Position numbers and translations under genes: made by a program | Assembly (NCBI GenBank): GCA_038087875.1 | Contig: CM075996.1 | Coordinates: 3,102,001-3,166,000 of the forward strand | Source of the DNA: Malacoraja senta | Taxonomy: Eukaryota | Direction: 5' to 3' | DNA length: 64,000 bases | Shown: positions 50,401-63,749 of the stretch, piece after piece | Position numbering within the stretch: position 1 is the stretch's first letter | Layout of the letters: each line of letters starts with the position of its first letter | The notes under the pieces: generated by a model | Told to the model about the DNA's origin: nothing | The model's input: the letters and a program-made list of their open reading frames with translations, nothing else | The model's database searches: none

Positions 50401-53400
50401 ACTTGAATAACAAATCACCTGACACAAGGGTTATATGGCCCAAACTGAGATAAGATTGAACTGAAGCTATAGATTTATCTACAACAATGGATTCCATAAA
50501 GCCAGTGGTAGCAAATCAACCCTTCCCATCAGCGACTCTGCCCAGCCAGATTGGCACAGGACAGCACACCCTGCTCACCTTAGCTTTTCGACTTGGTTCA
50601 CAGCTTATCCCGTTGGTGGTGTTGTGCAGCTCCTTGGAAACAACGCATAGAAACTCCGCTTGGTCTTCATTCCCGTAGTTGTAGGAAGATCCAATGCTGA
50701 TCAACTGCAAAAAGTACAGAATGCATTTATACAGTGCAGGGAGGAACTGCAGATACTGATTTACACCAAGACACAAAATTCTTGTATTCACTGGAATTTA
50801 GACTGGCATGCACTGGATTTTAGACTGGCACGCACTGGAATTTAGACTGGCATGCACTGGAATTTAGACTGGCACGCACTGGACTTTAGACTGGCACGCA
50901 CTGGAATTTAAGCATGCACTGGAATTTAGACTGGTATCCACTGGAATTTAGAAGGATGAGAGGAGATTTTATAGAAACATATAAAATTCTTAAAGGATTA
51001 GACAGGCTAGATGCAGGAAAAATGTTCCCGATGTTGGGGGAATCCAACATCCAGCGGTCACAGTTTAAGAATAAGGGGTCGGCCATTTTGGACTGAGATG
51101 AGGAAAAACTTTTTTTACCCAGAGAGTTGTGAATCTGTGGAATTCTCTGCCACAGAAGGCAGTGGAGGCCAATTCACTGGATGTTTTCAAGAGAGTTAGA
51201 TTTAGCTCTTAGGGCTAAAGGAACCCCCCCGGATTCTCTTTGAGTTTCTCATGCCCATGCCCAAGTGTGCACGTGTGTGTTGAGGGTGGGGATGGGTTAA
51301 AGACGGTAACACGGAGGTTCAGCACATTTCAAAGGGTCACAATAAAAGGAAGGTTCCCATTTTTCTAGCAAACACTCATGACATTGAGAGAGTTAAAACG
51401 TTCACCTGTTCAAATTTCCAGCCATCAGACATAGTAGAAACCATTTGTGTAAGCTCTTCCTCCTGACACTGGAGAACTCGGTAAACATGTTTCGTAGGAA
51501 TCTGCTGAGACATGACCACATACTTGTAATTAATTCCTTTCATTCAACCCCAGCAAATGTCTGTCCGGATTAAAGGCGGGCCGGTCTACCAGTTGCCGTA
51601 GAATCGGTGGTGGAGCTGTATATATTTACCAACATGTTAAATATATACATGCATAACAGCAGTTGATCTTATACACGAGCCAAGCCCCTCTGGTCGCTCT
51701 GCCAGAGTTTTACGAGGCAATATTGTAAAACTCCTTCCATAAGCTAGGGTACTGTTCGATTCGCATAGACATTGGTCATTTTCTATGAAACCTGATGCAC
51801 AACAATGTTGAGAACTATGTTCTGCACCCTGTACATACCCTCCTTTATATACAATGTACTAGAGCTTGACTTGATTGTACATACGTATGGTCCATCTGAT
51901 CGGCTTGACTAGAATGCAAAACAATAGGAGATGCAGGAACCGCAGCGGGTCAGGCAGCGTTTTCATTTCATTCTCTGCCTCAGAGGGCGGTGGAGGCAGG
52001 TTCTCTGGATGCTTTCAAGAGAGAGCTAGATAGGGATCTTAAAAATAGCGGAGTCAGGGGATATGGGGAGAAGGCAGGAAACGGGGTACTGATTGGGGAT
52101 GATCAGCCATGATCACATTGAAAGGCGGTGCTGGCTCGAAGGGCCAAATGGCCTACTCCTGCACCTATTGTCTATCTCTGGAGAACATGGATAGGTGACG
52201 TTTCAGGTCAGGACCCTTCTTCAGACTCTTGACCTTTTGGGTCAGGATCCTTCTTCAGATCTTTTCATCGTACCCCGGGCGCATGTGACAATCGTAAACC
52301 TAAACCAATTTTGTTTCGGAGGGCAAAGAGCAGAGGTGGTCGTCAGTGCATCCACTCCCTTTCCTTACCTGCATGGGTTTGCAATCTCTCTCTTTGATCT
52401 TCTCTTTCACTAATTTAATGAGAGGTGCAATGTTGTAAAACTCTGCTTCTTCTAGAACTCCTGCAACACAGAAACATTCCATCACTATGGACTCACACCC
52501 AAGTCATGCCCACGCGATTTGGTGTTGCTCTGCAGGCTTCACAAGTCACACATGGCCCATCCGAGATATCCTTTTCCAAAACTACCCATGTATAGTTTTA
52601 ACATTGGTCTTCCTGTGGGTCCGATCCCTGACTTCCTCATTAAATTAGAACGCAGAGCGCCACTCCATTTCACACAAGTGCAGTTGTATACCCTCCTAAC
52701 CCGCATTCACGTTATTCACCTTCCCTTTGAATGCATCCATTCGCCACCGCAACCTCTTCTGTATTTTAAACATTCCAATGGTAGGGAAATGTTTTCCTGA
52801 ATTCCTTTATTTTTTAGCTTAGTGCCAAGAACAAAACGAGCGACCCATTGTGGAGAGGGCTACCGAGATCAAAGAGGGAGCCGGCGTGGGGGGACTGGCA
52901 AGAACAAAGAGGGTCCCGGCGCGGGGGCGCTGGATACGAAGGGAAACAATCGGGACTACGTCGATCACTTTGGAACTTTGTCAACGTCCTGTTCGTGGTA
53001 ACTCTTTGCACACTTTGTACAGGTTATGCAAAGCAAAGAATTTAATTGTAACATGTCACATGTGATACATTTTCATTCATAAATCCTTCCTCAAATGACT
53101 ACCAATCATCTCCTCGCTCAACTCTAACTCGAGCAAGCATTTGCAGGGAGCACTTTGAACTCGTGAATATTCACAGGGAAGGGCATTTCGAATGTGTATT
53201 TACAGGGGGCACCTGGAACCCGAATATTTACAGGTGGTTGCCTTGAACGTGAGAGTATTTCCAGGGGGGTGCCACCTAGTGAATGTCGGTATTTACAAGG
53301 GGAGCCTTAAACATCAGTATTTGTTGGGGAGGGCACCTTTAACTTGACAGTATTTGCAGAGGGGCACTGTGAACCTGTTGGTGTTTACGGGGGAGGGGGG

Positions 53401-56400
53401 GGAGGGGGTCCACCATAAATTTGTGCGTATTTACAGGGGGTGACACCTTGAATTTGTCATTATTTACATGTCTCCACGTTGAAGAAAAATTAAGACAGTT
53501 GAGATTGTATGTAGCGCAGAAGATATCCACGGGTTCATTGGATGGTTCAACATAATCCGAGATTATTCCATTTCAGTTAAAAAACGGATAGACATGCGCA
53601 TTATGATAGAACTGGGGTTGCAAAGAATTTTAAGATCCTTATCTGCCACATAGCAATCAGGTGCAAAAAACACAATGCAGCTTTCATTTACAAAATGCAT
53701 CAACTAACGTTAAATCAGTGAGCAGTGGACCTTTGCTCTTCAGTGCATGTTGCCAAGATGGGTAGATTGGGTCAGGATGCAGGAACCTCTCACTGAACAG
53801 TGGAGCAACCAATTCCTATGTTCCAAAGTGTCAATGAAAGAACTGAACAACTCACCTTCCTCTGCCAGTTCCTTGTTGATGACAAGTTTGCCATGTCGGA
53901 GATAATTCAATATTGGCCCAAAATACGTGGGATCCCGGTCAATCAGGTAAGCCCCCGTCTCGTCCTGAGGAATAAAGTCAAGGCTTTACTAGTTTTGAAT
54001 TCGCAATCCAACCAAAAGATGGACTACATGTAGGAAGGAACTGCAATTAGAGTTATAGAGTCTTACATTGCGGAAACAGCCACAACTTGCCCACACCGAC
54101 CAACATGTTCCATCTATACTAGTCCCACCTGCCTGTGCTTGGCCCATATCCCTACAAACCTGCCCTATCCACGTACCTGTCTCAATGTTCCTTAAATGTT
54201 GCGATAGCACCTGCCTCAACAACCTCCTCCAGCAGCTCGTTCCATACACCCACCACCTTTGCGTGAAAGAGTTACCCCTCGGGTTCCAATCAAATCTCTC
54301 CCCCCCCCCCCCCCCCCCCCCACACACCTTCCTCTACTGGTTTATATCAAAGATAGACACAAAGTGCTGGAGTAACACAGCGGGTCGGGCAGCAGAAGGG
54401 GACCAACCCAAAACAGCACCGATCCTTTGTCTCCAGAGATGCTGCCTGACCCGCTGAGATACTCCAGCACTTTGTCTATCAAAAGATGGACGATATACAG
54501 GTCAGCCTTGCCGTACAGTAATGGATGCAGGTCTGTGCAACTTTAGTGGTAAACAGCTATTTTGAATGCACAGGCATGCGAATTGTGCAGCAGAAGTCCC
54601 CAACAACAAACAGATTGCCATTACTTGCTATATTTAATGCACTGACACCAACACCTGCACAACACAATGTGCTTTGCATCACTTATTTTCTTTATGTAAC
54701 ATCTGACACACCGGAGATTTGCCAGTGCAATACATTGGCATCTATACAGTGCATTTCCATTTATCACGCACCAAATTTAAAAACACTTCACCCCATCCCC
54801 ACGCAAAGCTACAGAAACATATAATCCCACAACTACAGAGGGCAATTGGACTGGGTAGACCTAACAAAAGCCTCACAACAACCCAATACACCAAATATAA
54901 TCTTACGGCAGGGGAGGAGACTATTTTAGTACTACTGTACCAGATAATCTCTCTTAAGTGCATTAGTCAGCCAGTTTTTCTCTTACAGGGCCAGAGCACG
55001 GTTAGATCCCTTAATCAATCTGCGACGATATTACAGAACCAACTTCAGCTCCACTGGTGAGAAAGTTATTGGTTCATGAGCGTTTTCTCTGGATTTTTCG
55101 GGAATGCCTGTTCTTTTCCTGTCCTGCCGCACTCAATAGTCTTCACAACAATAAAGAAATTTGATTCTTCCCTCTGACATTCAAAGGAGGGGCTGTCCCT
55201 CGAGTAAACACAAATTTATGTAACAGGTGTGCAATGTGCTGTCGGAAGATGAGGTTTAAGGTTGGAATCGTTGGGTTTGTGCTCTTTCAGCCCATCATGG
55301 CTGAACCTGTGAATATGCAGTACGGGCTCAAATGGAAAACTGCAACTTTTACAGTGGGCGGCACAGTGGCTCAGCGGTAGAGCCGCTGCCTTACGACGCC
55401 AGAGACCAGAGTTGCTGCCTTACGATGCCAGAGATCTTACAACGCCAGAGAGAAGGCAGCAACCCTACAGCACCCCGACTACAGGTGCTGTCTGTACGTT
55501 CTCCTTGTGACTGCGTGGGTTTTCTCCGGGTGCTCAGGTTTCCTCCCATACCCAAAAGACATACAGGTTTGTAGGTTAATTAGCTTTGGTAAAATTATAA
55601 ATTGTCCCTAGTGTTTACAGTTCATTGCCACATGTACTGAGGTACAGTGAAAAGCTTTTGTTGCTTAGTGTGTAGGATAGTGGTAGTGTACGGGATGATC
55701 GCTGGTCACCACGGACTCAGTGGGCCTGCTTCTGCACTGGAACTCTAAAATCTAGAGACGGCGACATGGTTGCCATTTTCTCAGAAAGTTAAATGTTAAA
55801 GTAAATGGGAAGCCATTCAGCCCACATGCACCTGCTAGCATTTTGAAGCAGCAGCTGCAATTTTTCTCGATCAGTCACCCTTCGCCATCATGAATCTTCC
55901 AACTTTTCAAGTGGGGAATTTCTGAGGCTCACATTTCTGGGCTCAAAGGAGCTAAATCTTAGCATGGAAACTAAATCTTAAAGGATTTAAGCAATGTGGA
56001 AACAATTTTGGGGGATTTGTTTGAGAATTGAATCTTAGAGTTGGGATTCCAGATCTCATCAATGACTCGGGGCGATTCAAACACAACTAAAGGAAAATTA
56101 CATTAATATCTCTAGATACAGCATCAACACCACAGATGTTCTGACTCTTAAGCTGCTTTAGGCAATGTCTGTAAATTACAACAAACAACACAGATGTTTG
56201 TCAAAACTCGCAGTACTTCCTATAGAGCTCTCCCACCAACCAGCATGTATATACAGCGGTTAAATGAGAAAACAATATTCATCAGAAGTGGCAAAGGATG
56301 ACAGAATTCATGCAATAACTCCACGGATGCTGCTTGATCTACGGTGTATTTTTCATATCGCCACTTTTTACTTCAGATTTCCAGAATCTGCAGTATTCTG

Positions 56401-59400
56401 CTCTGAAAATACTTTCGTCTGGATTGCTATTCCGTCCATATCCCAAGAAATTGCAGAGTGCGGTAGATGTAGCCCAGTCCATCACACAGACCAGACTTCC
56501 CACCATTGAAGCCATCTACACTTCACACTGCCAACATAATCAAAGACTTGTCGTACCCCGGTTATTCCTTCGTCTCTCTGCTCCCATCTGGAAGAAGGTA
56601 CACACCACCGGACTCAGTAACAACTTCTTCTCCTCTGTTATTAAGCATCTGAACAGTCCTTCAATGTTCTATATATCCTTACATCACCCCAACGAGCGGG
56701 CCTGAACATCGGGCCGCCCGACTGCGGAGGGCTCGGGGAGGCCCCGACCACGGGTGAACATTGGGGAACATTAGAGGAAGATGACTGACTTTGGTGCCTT
56801 CCCTCACAGTGGGAAACTTTTGATTCTGCTGTGTGGGGATGTTTTATGTTGAATTCTATCGTGTGTTGTGTTCTTTATTTTATTGTATGGCTGTATGGTG
56901 ATCACATTTCACTGTGCCAACTGGCACATGTGACAAATAAATGTATCTTGTAAGCCAGAGTACTGTTCAATTCAATTCTACCCCATTGATATTGGACTTT
57001 GTCTAAAGAACTGGTGTGCTGCAATGTTGAGAACTATATTCTATAAACTCTGTATCTTCCCCTTTGCTCGAGCAAATACCGATTGTACTTGAGTTTGAAC
57101 TGATTGTTTGTATGGTATATCTGATCTATATGAATAGCATGCGAAACAAAGCTTGTCACTGTACCTCAGTGCACGTGACAATAATAAACTAAGTCCCACT
57201 CAGCCAACTGACACTCTCCATCAGATGACTAGCTGGCATCCATGAAACCAGTACCAGCTTGACTGCAAATGAGAACACAAAATGTTCCCTTTACAGGAGC
57301 CTCTTTAGGGCAGAACAGTGGCGCAGCAGTAGAGTTGCTGCCTTACAGTGTCAGAGATCCGGGTTCAATTCTGTCAGTAAGGAATTTGTTCATTCTCCCC
57401 ATGACCATGTGAGCTTTCTCCAAGTGCTGCAGTTTCCTCCCACACTCCAAAACATACACGCTTGTAGGCCATGCTTGAGTAAGCCATTTAGAACGGAGAC
57501 GATGAAACACTTTTTCTCACAGAGAGTGGTGAGTCTGTGGAATTCTCTGCCTCAGAGGGCGGTGGAGGCAGGTTCTCTGGATGCTTTCAAGAGAGAGCTT
57601 GTAAGGGCTCTTAAAAATAGTGGAGTCAGGGGATATGGGAAGAAGGCAGGAATGGGGTACTGATTGGGGATGATCAGCCATGATCACATTGAATGGCGGT
57701 GCTGGCTCAAAGGGCCAAATGGCCTACTGCTGCACCTATTGTAAAACATTTTTTTAAAAACATACATGCTTGTAGGTTCATTGGCTTTGGTTATACAAAT
57801 TGTTAACTGTCCCGAGTGTGTAGGATAGTGATAGCATATGAGGTGATCGCTGGTTGGCGCGGACTCGATGGGCTGAAGGGCCTGTTTCCGAGCTGTATCC
57901 CTAAAGCTTAAAGTCAAAGTGTTTGTTCTGTGCCACATAAGAGAATTTAAAATATAGGTTAGTCTTCGGGAGCATTGGACCCGCATCTATCTTGTTTATT
58001 TTCGTAATGCTCCTGCCTTGCTTTACTGTTTAGATATTCAACATTTTTTTCCCCTCTCAACCCTTTCCCACCTACATGTGTGGCTTTCCACTAATCCAAA
58101 ACAAACACTGTACCCACACCCCAGTGTTCGAAAATGAATACGCTTCCATTGCAGGTCAGACATTCTCAAAACAGATAAATCATAGAGAAGATAGATGCAA
58201 AATGCTGGAATAACTCAGCACATCACAGCAACCCATTCTTGGAGGAGCAGCCTAGGCTTCCTCCACTGTCAGAGCAAGGCCACATGCAAATTGGAGGAAC
58301 AGCACCTCATATTTCACTTGGGCAGCTTACAACCCAGCAGTATGAATATTGTTTTCTCCAATTCCAAATAACCCCTTGCTTCCCCACATCCCTCTGTCCC
58401 TCCCCCATCCTAGTCATCCTGCTAACTTCACTGAAGATGGACACAAAATGCTGGAGTAACTCAGCGGGACAGGCAGCATCTCTGGAGAGAAGGATTGGGT
58501 GACGTTTCGGGTTGAGACCTTTCCCCATACTGCAGTTTCGACCCAAAACCTCACACATTCCTGCTCTCCAGGGATGTTGTCTGTCCCGCTGAGTTACTCC
58601 AGCATTTTGTGTCTATCTTCAGTGTAAACCAGCACCTGCAGTTCCTTCCTACATGTGAATGATCGAGAATACAGGTGGAGTACAGGTCTTGACAGCGGGG
58701 AGCATTAATCACACCCGAGAGAAGGCTGGAACACCAGCAACAGTAATTGATGCAGGAACAACATATTCACAAAGGAACAGTGGAGGAATTGCAAGAGTTC
58801 CAGGAAACTAAATGATCAAAAGAACCACTGACAGATAAATCCTTAGGAGAGGCTGCAGCAGGGCAGTAACTAACAAAGCAGTAACAGAATAAATCACAGA
58901 CAACATAAACACCAGAGTCTACCGTCAACAACTATAATTCTCTTGACAAATTGATTGGTCTAATCCAGGATTGTAGATTCAATACCCCTACCAAGAAAGA
59001 GATCTTTATCTTAGTGCCCAATCTAGGACAAGCTTGACAGCATGTCATACTCCAATAGCATCAAGAGCATTGTGTAGGAACGAACTGCAGATGCTGGTTT
59101 TCTCCAAAGATTGACACAAAATGATGGGATAACTCAGCGGGTCAGGCAGCATTGCCTTCCCACCCCTCACCCATTCAGTCCCATACTCGACCTGCATTTG
59201 CCCCCAGTTCAAACCTTGACAATAAGCCGGATCCATGCCCCCCTACAACTCCATCCACCCCTCATTTTCCTCAACCACCATGCCTCTTCAATCCCCAGCC
59301 CACCTAACCTGTGTCTTCTCACCCCCTCACAACCTGCATTTGTCCCTCAGTTCAACCGTTAACGTCAAGCCGGGCTTTATGCCCCCAATAACCCCCCCCC

Positions 59401-60569
59401 CTCCCCAATCACCCCCCACCCCCCCCCCCCCCCGTACCTTCTGAACTTGTAGTCGGCAGGGCAATACTCTGCATATCGCCAACCTGGATGTGATGTGCAT
59501 ACTAACGTTCTGTTAGTGCCCCCTTAAAATTGTCTGGTGAAGGTGATTTGACTATATTGTTGTCTAGTTTATTCCATTCCCTTAAGGTTCTTACAAAGAA
59601 TGAGTTCTTATAAATATCTGTCCTGGCAAATGGGGTTTCTATTTGCATATCATTTCTCTTTCCTGTTCTCCTTTCTGTTGAGTATGTTATGTATCTATCT
59701 GCAGTTATGCCCAGTACCTTCACACCCCTCACCTATTCCGCCAATGCACGACCTAAATTTGCCCCCAGTTCAAACTTTGACAAGCTGGGCCCATGCCCCC
59801 ATTCCTCCCCAACCACCATGCCTCTTCAATCCCTATACATTATTGTGTGTATGTCCAACGATATATATAACCTATACAATAGACAATAGACAATAGGTGC
59901 AGGCCTAGGCCATTCGGCCCTTCGAGCCAGCACCGCCATTCAATGTGAGCATGGCTGATCATCCCCAATCAGTACCCCGTTCCTGCCTTCTCCCCATATC
60001 CCCTGACTCCACTATTTTTAAGAGCCCTATCTAGCTCTCTCTTGAAAGCATCCAGAGAACCTGCCTCCACCGCCCTCTGAGGCAGAGAATTCATAATAAT
60101 AACATAGGCTATATATATATATGTAAAATGGTGCAATAATAACAATAATAGCCCATGTAGTTCAGAGTTAGTTTGATGTTGTAGTGTTTAACAGCCTGAT
60201 GGCTGTGTAGGAATTAAATTCACCTGCATTTGCCCCTCAGTTCAAACCTTGCCAACAAGCCAGGACCATGTACCCAGGCTTTACCCCAATCACCAGACCT
60301 CTCCTCTACCCTTCTCCCCATTAACCCAGCCCCCCCCTTAGGCCGGGCCTTCACACCCCGACCCTCCTCACCCCACCCACCCAGGTCCCGGCCACCGGGC
60401 CCCAGGCCGCTTTGCTCACCCGGTCGGACAGCAGCTCGCCCTCCTCCTGGCACAGGCGGTAGAGGAAGGACTTCTCCTCGCGGCACAGGGTCTGCCGGGT
60501 GGTGAGGAAGTGCGTGCCGCCGACATTGAGCCGAACCCACTTGTTATTCGGCTCCTTCCCCTCCGCCAT
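44413..60569 (-). CDS. KCTD17: BTB/POZ domain protein KCTD17 (CUL3 adaptor, KCTD2/5/17 subfamily), 6 coding exons, 200 aa
   Basis: Exons of 150+109+92+96+126+30 bp (603 bp) splice in frame with canonical sites. Motifs [38 protein letters not shown] and [14 protein letters not shown]. The paralog is assigned from adjacency to TMPRSS6. Confidence 0.92.
50579..50704 (-). CDS. KCTD17: KCTD17 exon 5 ([28 protein letters not shown]...EPSRKAK)
   Basis: ttgcag acceptor, AAG|gtgagc donor, 126 bp. Confidence 0.95.
50788..50952. repeat. ~22-bp minisatellite (cactggaatttagactggcayg), about 7-8 units, at a CR1 5' junction
   Basis: Directly visible; the last unit continues into CR1 ctggaatttagaaggatgag. 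Confidence 0.92.
51406..51501 (-). CDS. KCTD17: KCTD17 exon 4 ([32 protein letters not shown])
   Basis: cagcag acceptor (NAGNAG), CAG|gtgaac donor, 96 bp. Confidence 0.95.
52369..52460 (-). CDS. KCTD17: KCTD17 exon 3 ([30 protein letters not shown])
   Basis: ttgcag acceptor, CAG|gtaagg donor, 92 bp. Confidence 0.95.
53135..53470. repeat. Degenerate ~30-bp minisatellite (gtatttacaggggg..cacc.tgaac)
   Basis: About 10 decayed units sharing a tattt(a/g)cag core. Confidence 0.7.
53856..53964 (-). CDS. KCTD17: KCTD17 exon 2 ([36 protein letters not shown])
   Basis: cctcag acceptor, G|gtgagt donor, 109 bp. Confidence 0.95.
59450..59740 (-). mobile_element. CR1/L2-group LINE 3' fragment
   Basis: [20 protein letters not shown]...FKGAL* C-terminal motif. 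Confidence 0.7.
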
Positions 60570-61090
60570 CTTCAGCTGCCGTGCCGTCCCGTCGCGTCTC
60601 CTCCCCTCCCCCCTCCCCCCCGCCTCTGCTCAGCCCCGCCCCCTGGCGGCGCGTTACCGGCCTCGCGTCCCGCCCCCTCGCGCTGATTGACATCCCACCC
60701 CGCCAATTGCGGCGCGTCGACGTCATGTTACCCCCCGCCCACTCGTGTCTCCGCCCCCTCCCGTTGATGGACGTCAGACGCCGCCAATTGCGGCGCGTCG
60801 ACGTCATGCTTTCCCCCCCGCCCACTCGTGTCTCCGCCCCCTCCCGCTGATTGACGACCCGCCCCGACCATCGCAACGCGTCAGACGGTTCGCCCGGCCC
60901 CTCGCGTTGATGGACGTCAGACCCGGCCAATCGGGGGGCGCTTGCGATCTTTGCTTGCGTCGGACAACACTCGCCCAGCCCCCTACGCGTCACGTAGCCG
61001 TCGGCTTCCGCCCCGCTAGCGTCACGTCGCCCTCAGCTTCCGCCCCGCTAGCGTCACGTCGCCGTCACCTTCCGCCCCCCCTCTCAAGCT
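60340..61090 (-). promoter_or_regulatory. CpG island / KCTD17 promoter
   Basis: Very GC- and CpG-rich. Contains GC boxes (CCGCCC), CCAAT, CRE-like GACGTCA/GTCACGT and ETS-like CTTCCG motifs directly upstream of the ATG. Confidence 0.85.
60420..60569 (-). CDS. KCTD17: KCTD17 exon 1 ([31 protein letters not shown]...LLSDR)
   Basis: aagATGG Kozak context, CGG|gtgagc donor, BTB N-terminus. Confidence 0.95.
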
Positions 61091-62697
61091 GCTAGGATGG
61101 GGAAGGGATGGAGAGAGAAGGAAAGCAAGGGTTAAACCCCTGTCCCACGGTACGAGTTCATTCCAAGAGCTCTCTCTCCCGAGTTTGCCCTGATTCGAAC
61201 TCGGAGATTTACGGTAATGGCCACTCGTCGGTACTCGGGGCTCTCGTGGACATTTTTCATCAGGTTGAAAAATCTTCACGAGTCTTCCCGTACATCTTCT
61301 TCTTCTTCTGCTTCTTCTTCTTTCGTGTGGCGTGCACAGCCTAAAGTTGTTGGACAACTTGTTCTATTTGATCTTTCCTTTGTGCACGTCGAGTTGATTG
61401 CATTAGTCGAAACACGTGAAGGTTGCAATCTTCCACCCCTTGAAGTTGGAGGAGTGAAGACACAAAGAAAGACAAAACACAAAGAAAGATTAAGACCAAG
61501 ATACTAAGAAAGACACAAAAAGCTGGAGTAAGCTGAATGTTTAATGTTTCATGTTTTATGCATCATTCTTAACTGTCACTCTATGTCATGTTGCCACTTG
61601 TGGGCGGAGCACCAAGGCAAATTCCTTGTATGTGAATACTTGGCCAACAAGCTTAAACTTAAATTTAAACTTAACACTTAACTCAGCGGGACAGACAGCA
61701 TCTCTGGAGAGAAGGAATAGGTGACGTTTCGGTTCGAGACCCTTCTTCAGACTGAGTCAATGTTCATACCGCTGCCCAAGCAAAATATGAGGTGCTGTTC
61801 TTCCAATTTACGTTGGGACCCACTCTGACAGTGGAGGAGGCCCAGGACAGAAAGGTCAGTGTGGGAATGGGAGGGAGATAAAGTGTTTGGCAACCGGGAG
61901 ATCAGGTAGGTTTAGGCGGGCCGAGCAGAGGTGTTCGGCGAAACGATCGCCGAGCTTGAGCTTGGTCTCGCTGATATATTGGTGTCCACACCTGGGATAG
62001 TACAGGTGTTGAGTCTTTAAACTCCTGCTGAGATTGTGGTCCAATCAGTCGTCATACTGTTTCAAAGCAGAAACACAAAATTCTCCTATTCAATAGGATC
62101 ACACGATGTACACACACACATGCACACACACACACACACACACACACTGTGTATCATTGATGTTCAATGATACATCATTGAATGATACACCAACATCATT
62201 GATGTTCAATGATACACAAGACTGCCCCCCACTGTCACTGTTTTTAAACAGGTCCGACAAAGTTCGATTCAGATTCAGGTTCGATTATTTTCATGTATCC
62301 CTGTGTGCAATGAAACTCATTGCTTTGCATGAAGCTGCAGAGTAAGCAGCATTCATGATAAGACACAAAGCACTGGGTCGATTTTAGTTTTAGCTTTGGA
62401 GATACAGCATGGAAACAGGCCCTTCAGCCCACCGGATCCGCGCCGACCAGCGATCCCCGCACATTAACACTATCCTACACCAACTAGGGACCTTTTTTTT
62501 TTAACATTTACCAAGCCAATTAACATACAAACCTGTACCTCTTTGGAACGTGGGAGGAAACCGAAGATCTCGGAGAAAACCCACGCAGGTAACGGGGAGA
62601 ACATACAAACTCCGTACAGAAAGCACCTGTAATCGGGATCCCCGGCGCTGCATTTGCTGTAAGGCAGCAACTCTACCGTAACTGCTTGTATCAGGTT

Positions 62698-63023
62698 TTA
62701 CACCGACTCCAAAGATTGGTCGTAAAAGTCCCAGAATGTCTCGTCCTTTTTCTCATCCCGACCAGCTGTGGTTTTGTTTTCCTCTTCGCGCTCCAGAAAC
62801 AGCGCGGCCTGTGGGTTAGCGTCTGGCCTGTTGGTCTTCGGGACCGTTGTCGGTGGCTCTGCAGCGGCTTTCTTCCGTTGACATGGCTGCTCCGTCGTGC
62901 CTGCCTTCACGCGGGGCTTGCTGAGCTGGGGACAGTCCCGCGTGTACTTGGGCTGCTCTTCCGCGTAAAGCTGGAGGTTTCTTGACAACCTTTGGCGGGC
63001 CAGCGGTGTGTCGCTCCGGGCAC
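62698..63023 (-). CDS. Candidate terminal coding exon of an unidentified gene (ARSDTPLARQRLSRNLQLY...DETFWDFYDQSLESV*)
   Basis: Non-repetitive, GC-rich open frame of ~107 codons between two TEs, preceded by ctgctgtttcaag as a possible phase-1 acceptor. No homolog recognised. Confidence 0.45.
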
Positions 63024-63062
63024 CTTGAAACAGCAGATAAACTGGTAGTGAACGTGAAATAT

Positions 63063-63528
63063 CATAGAAACATAGAAACAGAAAATAGGTGCAGGAGTAG
63101 GCCATTCGGCCCTTCGAGCCTGCACCGCCATTCAATATGATCATGGCTGATCATCCAACTCAGTATCCTGTACCTGCCTTCTCTCCATACCCCCTGATCC
63201 CTTTAGCCACAAGGGCCACATCTAACTCCCTCTTAAATATAGCCAATGAACTGGCCTCGACTACTTTCTGTGGCAAAAAATTCCACAAATTCACCACTCT
63301 GTGTGGAAAAAAAAATTCTCATCTCGGTCCTAAAAGACTTCCCCCTTATCCTTCAACTGTGACCTCTTGTTCTGGACTTCCCCAACATCGGGAACAATTT
63401 CCCTGCATCTAGCCTGTCCAACCCCTAAATATTGTTGTAAGTTTCTATAAGATCCCCCCTCAATCTTCTAAATTCTAGCGAGTACAAGCCGAGTCTATCC
63501 AGTCTTTCTTCATATGAAAGTCCTGCCG
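63063..63528 (-). mobile_element. CR1 LINE 3' fragment
   Basis: Same family as 31247-31757. Confidence 0.9.
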
Positions 63529-63749
63529 TCTCCGTGCCAGCCCACCGTCAACACACCTCCTCAACCAGATGTTGACCCCCATCTCCATAAGGAGTCGTCA
63601 CCCAGGGGACTTTCATCTGAATTTATGTCCCACTCCAGAGGTTTGAGAACGGAATAACGCAAGGGGTCTTCCTGAGGGTGTGTTGCAATGTCAAGAGACG
63701 TTGCCTTTAGTGTGAACTAAAACTGCACTCTCCAGTAGATGTTAAAGGA

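Noticed and set aside
60220..61095. Several overlapping Pro/Arg/Gly-rich ORFs around KCTD17 exon 1
   Set aside because: Expected stop-codon scarcity in a CpG island. Only the BTB-encoding frame has homology and a splice donor.
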